51,760 nucleotides of DNA from Thermodesulfobacteriota bacterium (lineage in GTDB: Bacteria > Desulfobacterota > WTBG01 > JAGOGO01), in the NCBI GenBank assembly GCA_035256645.1, contig DATEXU010000170.1, positions 1-51,760 on the forward strand. The letters run 5' to 3'. Positions 37,935 to 46,053 of this stretch are shown piece by piece. Numbering within the stretch: position 1 is the first letter of the stretch; every line of letters starts with the position of its first letter. Below the pieces are notes generated by a model. The model made no database searches and was not told where the DNA came from. It saw only the letters and a list, made by a program, of their open reading frames with translations. The translations under genes were made by a program, and so were the position numbers.

Positions 37935-38828
37935 ATGAGTTCTTATCCAACTAAAATCGCAGTGCTCACCCATGTTAATGATAACTTCGTTTCAGGGCAT
38001 TATTTATTGAGGTTTTTGGTTGAAGCCTGGAAAAATGATGGGGTTGGCATCCGGATTTTGCGCGGCATAGAGCATTTTGAACCAGCGGATGGGTTAATCT
38101 TGCACCCTGATTTGACCATTGTACCCGATGACTATCTTGCCTTTTGCAGGCGCTATCCTCTTGTCATCAATGGGGGTGCGCGGGATATCTCCAAGCGAAA
38201 GATCAGCTCCAGTCTTGTTAACCAAAAAGATTCATATTGTGGGCCGGTGATCGTTAAGAGCAATTTTAACCATGGCGGCAAATCAGAACGAAAAAAAATG
38301 TCTCGGTGGGGACCTTTATATTGGGCGTTAAGCAGCTCGACAAAATGGCTGCCCTGGAGCTGGACTGGACGTTTGCGCCCTCATAACTACCCGATTTTCA
38401 ACTCCTCCCGGGATGTTCCCCGCGCCGCATGGCGTAATCCCCACCTGGTGGTTGAGAAGTTTCTTCCTGAGCGGGAAGGCGCTTATTATTGTTTGAGGCA
38501 GTGGATATTTTTTGGAGACCATGAGATAAATCACCGTATTTTTTCTAAAAGTCCGATTGTCAAAGCAAGCAATACCATAGATCACGAAGATGTGCTACCT
38601 GTTCCCGAGGCACTGCGAGCCTTACGAACAAAACTCCAGTTCGACTACGGTAAATTCGATTACGTCAGTTTTAACGGCGAGGCTATACTTTTGGATGCCA
38701 ACCGTACCCCCACGGTTGCGTGGACTACTCCTACCACACGGCAGGCTTCAATAGTTAACGAACTCGCCCAAGGATTGTTCTCTTTTTTTGCTAAAAAGGC
38801 GGGAGAGCAAGAGGTGGCGGCGCCGTGA
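37935..38828 (+). CDS. hypothetical protein, ATP-grasp-like by motif pattern
   Basis: 297 aa. PVIVKSNFNHGG, HLVVEKFLPE and GKFDYVSFNGEAILLDANRTP fit the ATP-grasp pattern (K-loop, hinge, and an acidic/Asn Mg site). This is weak and assigned by eye only. Confidence 0.35.
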   Translation: MSSYPTKIAVLTHVNDNFVSGHYLLRFLVEAWKNDGVGIRILRGIEHFEPADGLILHPDLTIVPDDYLAFCRRYPLVINGGARDISKRKISSSLVNQKDSYCGPVIVKSNFNHGGKSERKKMSRWGPLYWALSSSTKWLPWSWTGRLRPHNYPIFNSSRDVPRAAWRNPHLVVEKFLPEREGAYYCLRQWIFFGDHEINHRIFSKSPIVKASNTIDHEDVLPVPEALRALRTKLQFDYGKFDYVSFNGEAILLDANRTPTVAWTTPTTRQASIVNELAQGLFSFFAKKAGEQEVAAP

Positions 38829-38920
38829 TGGTATCACGAAATTTCACGGGAGCTCGGTGGCGTCTTACCAATAGAGATGTAAAGCATGCGCCAGAGTCAT
38901 CATGATACCAGGGGTCATGT

Positions 38921-40111
38921 GTGAGCGCTTGGTTGAAACCTATCCAAAGCCTGAGTCAGATATATGGCTCTGATGTGATTTATTCACCACGGGCCTCACC
39001 CAACGCGTGCACCTGGTTGCCCCATGATGAGTTTATCTTGGATAGCATGACCGGCGGACAGATTCCGGTTGCGGGCGATATGTCAATTCTCTGTGCGGCG
39101 AGCGTTTCAACTCCGGAGGGGCTGCAGCTTTTGCGCGACGCGGGATTTAATATTCCGCGGGTGGTGTTCCGTTACTCCGCTGCCGTTGATTATCTGCACA
39201 AACTCAAAAGCCTGTACAAGGAGAGAAAAAAAATAGCCCTCCTCCATGTACATCCAGCTTCTGAACTTCCACCGGAAGCCTGTTGGGTTAAGCCGGAAAC
39301 GTTGTCTTTTCTAAACAACAAGGCGAATCTTGCCACACTGGTTAACCCACGCCATGTGCCTACGCGTCGGACGTTGATGCCCAGTCGCCTTTTTATTGAG
39401 ATCTCGTCTCATCGTTTTCCGCTGGTGGTGAAGGCCGCGACCGACGAATCAAGCGGGGGAGGCGTTGATGTGGTGATCTGCCGGACATCTCGGGGACTGA
39501 AACGGGCTGCAGCCTTGTTTCAGTCTTGTACGCGCGTAGTGATTGAGGAATTCCTTCCGATTAAGAGAAATTTGTGTCTTAACTATGCCGCGACAGCTGA
39601 AGGTGCAATTAATTATTTAGGTTGCGCGGAGCAGGTTAGTGGTGTCCAGGGTAAATACCAGGGGAATTGGATCGACCCTACGACCATGGCTCCCCCTTTG
39701 GCAATAGAGATTGGCGCCAGGGTGGTGGCTGCTGGATTTGCGTTAGGATATTATGGTTGTGTGGGTATTGACATGGCAGTGCTGGAAGATGATCGGATTG
39801 TAGTATTTGACCTGAATTTCCGCGTTAATGGGTCTACCGCCGCGTTGTTGCTTGCCGAGAGCGTGCAGCGCACCTCGGGCCGAACGGTGTTGCGGTTTCG
39901 AGCTTTGCGGGGAAGCGGGACCTATCGTGATCTCTTAAATAGCGCTTATGCCGCCATACACAAGGGTGTCTTTTTGCCCCTTTCCAGTTACGATCCTGAA
40001 GCAGGCGGATATCCAAGAACGCGCCCCCGAATGACTGGCCTGATCCTCGGAAAAACCCGCGAAGAAGCGGAAGAACACGAACGTGAGCTTTCCGCAATGG
40101 GCCTATCATAA
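38921..40111 (+). CDS. ATP-grasp domain protein
   Basis: 396 aa, GTG start. FPLVVKAATDESSGGGVDVV, RVVIEEFLP and GCVGIDMAVLEDDRIVVFDLNFRVNGST. The segment is markedly GC-rich. Confidence 0.6.
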   Translation: MSAWLKPIQSLSQIYGSDVIYSPRASPNACTWLPHDEFILDSMTGGQIPVAGDMSILCAASVSTPEGLQLLRDAGFNIPRVVFRYSAAVDYLHKLKSLYKERKKIALLHVHPASELPPEACWVKPETLSFLNNKANLATLVNPRHVPTRRTLMPSRLFIEISSHRFPLVVKAATDESSGGGVDVVICRTSRGLKRAAALFQSCTRVVIEEFLPIKRNLCLNYAATAEGAINYLGCAEQVSGVQGKYQGNWIDPTTMAPPLAIEIGARVVAAGFALGYYGCVGIDMAVLEDDRIVVFDLNFRVNGSTAALLLAESVQRTSGRTVLRFRALRGSGTYRDLLNSAYAAIHKGVFLPLSSYDPEAGGYPRTRPRMTGLILGKTREEAEEHERELSAMGLS

Positions 40112-40223
40112 GGCAAGAAGTTTGAAGCGAGAGGCAATGACAGAAAGCAGTTTTTTATCCGGTCCTATTCTTTTTTAGATTTGCATGGTATCTTGCGGAA
40201 TGAATATTTTTTGAGGAACCATT

Positions 40224-41714
40224 ATGAAGATTTGTCTCATTGATGCTGCGGCAGCGAACGCAAAAAGGTTTTTGCCCCACTGGACCCCCCTGGGACTGGC
40301 CTATATCGCGGCCACGCTTGAACAAGGGGGTCACGAAGTTTTAATCATAGAGCGGGATGTTCTCTTTAGAAAAAATCGGCTGAGTATCGACAAGGTTGAC
40401 CACATAATGGAGGAAAGGCTCAGGTTTTTCGGCCCCGATTTAATCGGGCTGAGCTCGGCCTCAGAGTTGTTTCCGGATGTAGTGAAATCAGCCCGCATTG
40501 CCAAGACACTTTTTCCTGGTATTCCGGTGGTGTATGGGGGGCACCATGCAAGCGCTGTGTTCACCGAGGCGCTCGAGACATGTAGTGATATTGACATTGT
40601 TGCCGCAGGCGAAGGAGAGGCAACCATGCTTGAATTAGCTAATGGCGCGCGTTATGAGGAGGTTAAGGGTATTTGCTTTAGAAGCGGCGAATCATTAGCC
40701 AAAAATTCTCCGAGGCCGGCCATAGAAGCATTAGATACTTTGCCTATGCCCGCGCGTCATCTTTTAGATATGGATTTTTACACCAAACCATCTCCAAGCT
40801 TGATCAGAAGCGTAACGCTTAAAGCAACAACAATGCTCACTTCCAGAGGATGTCCGTTTAGTTGTAAGTTTTGCGTTGAGTCTCTTCCGGTTGGCAAGAA
40901 ACACCGGGCGCATTCGCCAGCCCGCGTTATTGCTGAGCTTGATCATATCTTAAGGAACTATGATGTTGAGGCGATTTATTTTTTGGACGAAGGATTTTTA
41001 ACCAATGAGCCGAGGGTGAGAGGGTTTTGTGAGATAATGATCAGAGATGGCTACAATCAGAAGGTGAAATGGGCCGCCCAGGTAAGGGTTGATGTTTTGG
41101 ACCCGGATTTGTTGAAGCTGATGAAAGAAGCCGGTTGTATTCAGCTGGAATGTGGCTTTGAAACCGCCTCGGATCGTTTATTGAAAAACGTTAACAAAAA
41201 AACCTCTCAGCAGAAAAACCGAGAGATTGTAGCCTTGATTAAAGCAAACGGTATTCGATGTCTCGCCTATATCATTGCGGGCTTGCCGGGAGAAACCGAG
41301 GAAGAATTCCAGGCTTCGATTGAATTTATCAAGACTTCAGGGGTAGATGCAGTGTCTTTTTCGCAGTTTGTTCCCCACCCCGGATCTGTTTTCTATAATG
41401 AATTGACCCAAAGGGGGGTGCTTCAAAAAGGATTTTGGGAACAGGGTTGGGAAGGTTATAACAACATGAATTTTTCGGCAATGCCCGATGAGCGAGCCAA
41501 GGCACTATATGATCAAGCTCTGAAAAAAGTAATTAAACCTATCAATACAAAAGATCGGATGATGCATATTTCTCTGGGGCAGATGATAAAGAATACCTCC
41601 TTTCGCGAATTGGTCTCGAGAGTTTTTAATGCCCCGCTTTCGTTACCAAGATTTCTTTTTAATTGGATCAAAACAAGGCTTTTGAAAACCGTCCAACCCA
41701 GATCGCGCAGATAA
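40224..41714 (+). CDS. B12-binding-domain radical SAM protein
   Basis: It has an N-terminal Rossmann-like cobalamin-binding domain (KICLID...PLGLAYIAATLEQGGHEV). The CxxxCxxC cluster is TSRGCPFSCKFCVE. 496 aa. Confidence 0.85.
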   Translation: MKICLIDAAAANAKRFLPHWTPLGLAYIAATLEQGGHEVLIIERDVLFRKNRLSIDKVDHIMEERLRFFGPDLIGLSSASELFPDVVKSARIAKTLFPGIPVVYGGHHASAVFTEALETCSDIDIVAAGEGEATMLELANGARYEEVKGICFRSGESLAKNSPRPAIEALDTLPMPARHLLDMDFYTKPSPSLIRSVTLKATTMLTSRGCPFSCKFCVESLPVGKKHRAHSPARVIAELDHILRNYDVEAIYFLDEGFLTNEPRVRGFCEIMIRDGYNQKVKWAAQVRVDVLDPDLLKLMKEAGCIQLECGFETASDRLLKNVNKKTSQQKNREIVALIKANGIRCLAYIIAGLPGETEEEFQASIEFIKTSGVDAVSFSQFVPHPGSVFYNELTQRGVLQKGFWEQGWEGYNNMNFSAMPDERAKALYDQALKKVIKPINTKDRMMHISLGQMIKNTSFRELVSRVFNAPLSLPRFLFNWIKTRLLKTVQPRSRR

Positions 41715-41824
41715 GTCTTTCGCAAACGTCCGAAAAAACCTCTTGCTTTTCTTAAGAGAAGCCCTTCCAATCGCAGTGCTTCTCATAACGAGACTTTTGC
41801 AAAAGTCATGAAATAGCCCGTCAT

Positions 41825-41896
41825 GTCATGCTGAACTTGTTTCAGCATCTAATAAAACCAACGTGTTCTGAGACCCTGAAACGAGTTCAGGGTGAC
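41825..41896. repeat. 72-nt double-hairpin repeat (inverted copy of 33914-33985)
   Basis: gtcATGCTGAActtgtTTCAGCATct...gagACCCTGAAacgagTTCAGGGTgac. Both 8-bp hairpins are identical to the copy at 33.9 kb, while the central linker has diverged. It sits between two converging operons. Confidence 0.85.
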
Positions 41897-41950
41897 AGAA
41901 ACATATTTTGCAGGTATCAAAACCGGAAAAGCCCTGGCATCAACCACTGG

Positions 41951-43054
41951 CTAAGAAAACGAGACACCGGTCTTTTTTTTAATAAGATGTTCAAAATAAC
42001 TGCGGCGTAAAAATATACCCACGCTTTTGTAGAAAAGGAAAGGGTTATCTAACAAGAAAACATGCATATACTTTTTCAAGCTCTTGGGTTGCAATCCGTC
42101 TCTTACCAAGAGAAGCCTGGTGGGCAAAAGTAAGGTCGAGAAAAAACCAGGATTTAATTTTTTCAAAAAAGAATCAGAAATTGGTGTTCTTAGGAGCTGC
42201 CGGCAATAGGCGAGGCAGTAGTAGAGCGCTTTGCGGCAATGATTTTCGCGGGCATACATTGCAATATGCTCCCAATCAATAACAGCCTCATATTTTCTTA
42301 TGAGGAGGTCTATATCGCAAAACATCATCAACCGGTCAAAGTTATGGTTGGCAGCGCAATGGAGAATGAGAAAAAACAGATTAGCCTCCACCGGGAGGCA
42401 GGGAATAGAGAAGTCGTTATAGTGTACCCATAAGAGGTTATCCCAAAAGCCCTTAAAATCAAAACCGGAAACCTTGGCCCACGGGTTGGCATTAAACTCG
42501 ACATGAAGCTCAACGATCAGTTTTTTCCCTTCATTCGGTTTAACAAATTTGACTTCTCCGATGTAGGTCATCTCGTATTGTTCATAAACAGGGTGGAGCA
42601 GGCAGTACCCGATCTCTTCCAGCAGGGATTTTGCCCGGGTATAGTCTTCCTTTTTTATGAGAAGGTCAAAATCTCCGCCACAGGGCCTGAGCTCTGGTTT
42701 AGGGTATACCAGAGCAGAGAGCCCCAACCCTTTATGAACTGCAAAGGATAGCTCGTTCTGCCCGAGATGAGCCACAATCTCTTTTAAGGCTTTTTCAAAC
42801 AAAAGACCGAGAGCGGAATTGCCAATATATTCTCGGGCAAGACATTTTGTTACCTTTTGGGGAAAGACGATTTGCTTGTTTTGTTGGAGGGCATTATAGA
42901 GGAGGGGGGCTATTCCATGGTAGCTCATCATGGCAGCAACCTTCTCCCAGTCGAGGTTCTGGGATAAGGAGCTGGTGACACCTTCCCAGGACTCGTATCC
43001 AAGGGAAGCCCTCAAAAAGGAAAGAATAAACTGCTGTTCTTTGGTTAGCCACAT
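41951..43054 (-). CDS. NTP_transf_5-type nucleotidyltransferase family protein
   Basis: The ATG at 43054 (MWLTKEQQFILSFL...) overlaps the upstream stop as TAATG. GGDFDLLIKKEDYTRAKSLLEEIGY is the family's catalytic-Asp block. The track ORF extends to 43120. Confidence 0.7.
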   Translation of the reverse strand: MWLTKEQQFILSFLRASLGYESWEGVTSSLSQNLDWEKVAAMMSYHGIAPLLYNALQQNKQIVFPQKVTKCLAREYIGNSALGLLFEKALKEIVAHLGQNELSFAVHKGLGLSALVYPKPELRPCGGDFDLLIKKEDYTRAKSLLEEIGYCLLHPVYEQYEMTYIGEVKFVKPNEGKKLIVELHVEFNANPWAKVSGFDFKGFWDNLLWVHYNDFSIPCLPVEANLFFLILHCAANHNFDRLMMFCDIDLLIRKYEAVIDWEHIAMYARENHCRKALYYCLAYCRQLLRTPISDSFLKKLNPGFFSTLLLPTRLLLVRDGLQPKSLKKYMHVFLLDNPFLFYKSVGIFLRRSYFEHLIKKKTGVSFS

Positions 43055-44088
43055 TAGAAAATTGATTCCACAAGCACGGGGAGACTTTGGATATCGGCGC
43101 CCAGTTTTACTTTGTAACAATCGGTGGATTTTATTAAGTCAAAGATAATGTCAAAGTGCTGTCTGGCGATCTCTTTATCAAAGGCAAGAAGACTGTGGGG
43201 GAGAAAAGTTTTTAGCGCTTCGCTCTTTGGAAAAACTTCTAAGGAACTTTTTTTGACCGCAGAAATCTCCGGGAAGAGAATTAACTTCGGCACACAGGAG
43301 TCCCTCGTGGAGCCGGGATAAAGTTCTTCAGCATTAAAGCTCTGCTTTCTGAGGTTTCGGTTGTCTAAGAAAAGACGATAGCTCCTTAATTCAGGGAAAA
43401 GCTGAATAGTATAATCAGTGACGTCAATTGGCTCGGGAAAAGAAAGAAGCTCCAACCCACCACTTTTATTATACCGCAGCATAGGTCTATCGTCTCCGAG
43501 AAATCCAAACCCCTGCCTTATAAGGGCAACACAGGACGTAGTTTTTCCTGCTCCGGAAAACCCCGGAAATATTATCCCCTGCCCATTTTTTTCTACCCCA
43601 GAACAGTGGGCGAGAAAGTACCCCTTCCCTTTTAATAATTCGGCTAATAAAAAAATAAAAACAAAGCTGGAAATAAGGTTGGGATTAATCGCCTCCGGTT
43701 CTTTTAAATAACCCTCCGCCACACCTTTTTTCATGCTGTAAGAAAAAAGCCCGGTAGTTCCAAAGCCTGCATAATACGTAAAATCATCTTCATTTACATA
43801 GAGGCTCATCTTATCAATTCCAAATTCTTTTATATCGAACAAGTCTTCTTCAGAAGAAGAATACAATAGTTTTAAACCGGAAGGAATTATTCCCTGATGA
43901 GCAATATCATCGGGTTTATCGAAAAAAGTGATAGTTAAACCTTCTGGGGGTGTACTGAGTGTTTTTTCACAAAGAAAATATTCGAGGAGTTTGTTGATAG
44001 CAGAAAAAACATGTAAGTTATTTGAGATAAACTTGAGGGGGATGCCATGAATAAGGTAATGTGCGGTTAAGTGGTTCTTTTTTGTCAA
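43054..44088 (-). CDS. HPr kinase C-terminal-domain-like (HprK-related) P-loop kinase
   Basis: LAHCSGVEKNGQGIIFPGFSGAGKTTSCVALIRQGFGFLGDD matches the HprK pattern H....v...g.GvLi.G.SG.GKS..al.Li.rG..lv.DD. It has a TTG start and no obvious SD. Confidence 0.75.
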   Translation of the reverse strand: MTKKNHLTAHYLIHGIPLKFISNNLHVFSAINKLLEYFLCEKTLSTPPEGLTITFFDKPDDIAHQGIIPSGLKLLYSSSEEDLFDIKEFGIDKMSLYVNEDDFTYYAGFGTTGLFSYSMKKGVAEGYLKEPEAINPNLISSFVFIFLLAELLKGKGYFLAHCSGVEKNGQGIIFPGFSGAGKTTSCVALIRQGFGFLGDDRPMLRYNKSGGLELLSFPEPIDVTDYTIQLFPELRSYRLFLDNRNLRKQSFNAEELYPGSTRDSCVPKLILFPEISAVKKSSLEVFPKSEALKTFLPHSLLAFDKEIARQHFDIIFDLIKSTDCYKVKLGADIQSLPVLVESIF

Positions 44089-44100
44089 TGGTGTGCCTAT

Positions 44101-44129
44101 AAAAAAAGACCCGATTTCTTACGTGGGTC
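44101..44129 (-). terminator. weak hairpin plus U7 tract between the precursor array and the kinase gene (possible attenuator)
   Basis: Minus strand: GACCC-acguaagaaauc-GGGUC followed by UUUUUUU. The stem is only 5 bp. It ends 12 nt before the kinase TTG start. Confidence 0.3.
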
Positions 44130-44280
44130 CTTAAAAATTAAAATTTATTAGACCTGGTCAGGTTCTCGTTCTTGGAAGGTTAGAAAAAACAAGCCTCTTT
44201 TTCTTTCCTCAAGTTTCTTTTATTAGGAAAATCTCGGCTTAAGTACCGTTTGCGCAACTGCCCTAAGACAACCTTGATTA

Positions 44281-44382
44281 CTATCTGGTTGCTACTAATG
44301 CGGTGATGTCCTTGAGATGACCTTCTTTAGCAAGCTCAGGTTTTTCGTAGGGTTCTTTTATTTGAGTTTTGATTTTGTTCAT
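44281..44382 (-). CDS. RiPP precursor-like peptide P1 (33 aa)
   Basis: Own translation: MNKIKTQIKEPYEKPELAKEGHLKDITA/LVATR. An AGGAG RBS is present. Contains the YxxPxLx3Gx5Tx signature. Confidence 0.7.
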   Translation of the reverse strand: MNKIKTQIKEPYEKPELAKEGHLKDITALVATR

Positions 44383-44403
44383 TTTTGCTCCTGCCTTTCG
44401 CCC

Positions 44404-44502
44404 TTAACTTTTTGTCATGCTTTGGGTAACATCTTTGAGGGCCCCTTCTTTGACAAGCGCCGGTTTTTCGTAGGGTTTGACCTCAGGCTTTGTCTTTTCC
44501 AT
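44404..44502 (-). CDS. RiPP precursor-like peptide P2 (32 aa)
   Basis: MEKTKPEVKPYEKPALVKEGALKDVTQ/SMTKS. The RBS is AAGGAGG. Confidence 0.7.
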   Translation of the reverse strand: MEKTKPEVKPYEKPALVKEGALKDVTQSMTKS

Positions 44503-44569
44503 ATTATTACCTCCTTTAATAGCCAAAAATATTATACGCTCCGCTGGGTATTTTGACCTTTGATCCACT

Positions 44570-44680
44570 CTATTTAAAAGTTCCCGGTGCTCCAGCGGTA
44601 ATGTCTTTGAGCTGACCTTCTTTAGTAAGCACAGGTTTCTCGTAAGCTTCCTTTTTCACTTCTAATCTCATTTCCTTCAT
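44570..44680 (-). CDS. RiPP precursor-like peptide P3 (36 aa)
   Basis: MKEMRLEVKKEAYEKPVLTKEGQLKDITA/GAPGTFK. The RBS is GGAGGAGG. Confidence 0.7.
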   Translation of the reverse strand: MKEMRLEVKKEAYEKPVLTKEGQLKDITAGAPGTFK

Positions 44681-44714
44681 TTTAACCTCCTCCTTTAATG
44701 CAAACCAACTAATT

Positions 44715-44825
44715 TTATTTATCAACTAGCGTTGCTTGTCCTGTGATGTCCTTGAGCTGGCCTTCTTTGGTAAGCTCAGGTTTTTCGTAAGCCTCTTTTT
44801 TTACTTCTGGTTTGGCATCCTTCAT
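44715..44825 (-). CDS. RiPP precursor-like peptide P4 (36 aa)
   Basis: MKDAKPEVKKEAYEKPELTKEGQLKDITG/QATLVDK. The RBS is AAGGAGGG. Confidence 0.7.
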   Translation of the reverse strand: MKDAKPEVKKEAYEKPELTKEGQLKDITGQATLVDK

Positions 44826-44938
44826 CTAGATCCCTCCTTTTAATTTTAACAATAAATCCTTTAAGCTCACCGTAACAAGAAATAGACATTATGCAGAAGC
44901 CTTGCCTTGGGAAAACAGTACGATAATAATCCTCTGTC

Positions 44939-45052
44939 TTAATCATTCGGCTTTACTGTTCCCCCCGCAGTAATATCCCTTAGGGTGCCCTCTTTAAAGA
45001 TTTCAGGTTTTTCGTAGGCTTCTTTTTTGACATCTGGTTTAGCATCTCTCAT
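44939..45052 (-). CDS. RiPP precursor-like peptide P5 (37 aa)
   Basis: MRDAKPDVKKEAYEKPEIFKEGTLRDITA/GGTVKPND. The RBS is AAGGAGGG. Confidence 0.7.
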   Translation of the reverse strand: MRDAKPDVKKEAYEKPEIFKEGTLRDITAGGTVKPND

Positions 45053-45165
45053 CTAAATCCCTCCTTTTAATTTTAACAACAAATCCTTTAAGCTCACCTT
45101 AACAAAAAATAGATATTATACAGAAGCCTTGCCTTGGGAAAACAGTACGATAATAATCCTCTGTT

Positions 45166-45276
45166 TTAATCAGACGCAGTTATGTCTCCCGCAGTAATAT
45201 CCCTTAGGTTGCCCTCTTTAAAGATTTCTGGTTTTTCGTAAGTTTCCTTTTTCACTTCTGGTTTAGTTTCTTTCAT
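45166..45276 (-). CDS. RiPP precursor-like peptide P6 (36 aa)
   Basis: MKETKPEVKKETYEKPEIFKEGNLRDITA/GDITASD. The RBS is AAGGAGG. Confidence 0.7.
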   Translation of the reverse strand: MKETKPEVKKETYEKPEIFKEGNLRDITAGDITASD

Positions 45277-45332
45277 CCTAAAACCTCCTTTTAAAAAACC
45301 GGGTTCCCCTTTATTATCAAGGTCCTAAAAAA

Positions 45333-45361
45333 TTTATAAAAGAATATCTTGCTTCTTGTAA
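45333..45361 (-). promoter_or_regulatory. candidate internal sigma70-like promoter upstream of P6
   Basis: Minus strand: TTACAA (45361-45356), 17-nt spacer, TATAAA (45338-45333). Confidence 0.3.
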
Positions 45362-45448
45362 GGTTCAGGGCGAAGATAAATCTACTCCTTCCCCTTTTCA
45401 ACCCTCTGTTTTCGGTAAGATTTAGACTTACACAAGCACCCTAAAGTG

Positions 45449-45556
45449 TCAAACATCTGCTTTGGTTGTAAATGCTGTGATGTCTTTGAGAAGGCCTTCT
45501 TTGGTAAGTATAGGTTTTTCGTAAGACTCTTTGACCTCTGGTTTTGCTTCTTTCAT
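45449..45556 (-). CDS. RiPP precursor-like peptide P7 (35 aa)
   Basis: MKEAKPEVKESYEKPILTKEGLLKDITA/FTTKADV. The RBS is AAGGAGGA. Confidence 0.7.
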   Translation of the reverse strand: MKEAKPEVKESYEKPILTKEGLLKDITAFTTKADV

Positions 45557-45630
45557 CTCGTGAGTTCCTCCTTTTTAATTTGGCTCTCCTTTTTTACCAA
45601 TTTTTTAGAAAATGTCAAGCAATTTTAAGA

Positions 45631-46053
45631 TCACGGATAGACAAAAGTAATTTGATATTCGCCAGAAGGATCGTTTTGTTCAGGAAAATGCCTCCCTTCA
45701 ACAATAAGCCAGGCATGTCCTTTGAGCTTCTCCTCTTCGTTTTTGACCCCAAAAACAAGCTTGACTTTCCTGCCCATTATCCGTAAGTGCCTAAAAAGTA
45801 AAATTGATCTCAGCAAACAGGGATTTGAGCTTCTGAATAAACGAAAAAGGATAAAATTGGTAAATTTTAATATGTATTCAATTTTTGAGTCGTCAGGGGG
45901 TACCTTTTTTTCAGGGTCGAGGAGCTTTAAAAGTTTAGGAAGCTTGATTAGATAAAGAAGAACCTTTATGGCAATCAGGGAAAAGAAAGTCTTAATAAAA
46001 AGAATGATGTCCTTTGGTCTTTTGAAATACTTAATATTATTCAGATTTATCAT
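45631..46053 (-). CDS. transglutaminase-like cysteine peptidase of the lasso-peptide B2 type (Transglut_core3)
   Basis: NPCLLRSILLFRHLRIMGRKVKLVFGVKNEEEKLKGHAWLIVEGRHF matches the family pattern C.{2}RS..l...Lr..G.......GV......HAW.e..G (Cys and His of the catalytic triad). The ATG at 46053 overlaps the PqqD gene by 17 nt. The track start at 46089 is also possible. Confidence 0.75.
   Translation of the reverse strand: MINLNNIKYFKRPKDIILFIKTFFSLIAIKVLLYLIKLPKLLKLLDPEKKVPPDDSKIEYILKFTNFILFRLFRSSNPCLLRSILLFRHLRIMGRKVKLVFGVKNEEEKLKGHAWLIVEGRHFPEQNDPSGEYQITFVYP

Noticed and set aside
44281-45556. The alternation of conserved roughly 80-nt blocks with variable segments looks superficially like a CRISPR repeat-spacer array.
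   Set aside because: The unit spacing is irregular, with start-to-start distances of 120 to 280 nt. The conserved blocks differ at many third-codon positions. Each unit has an RBS, an ATG, an open frame and a stop encoding a conserved peptide. No cas genes or leader are present.
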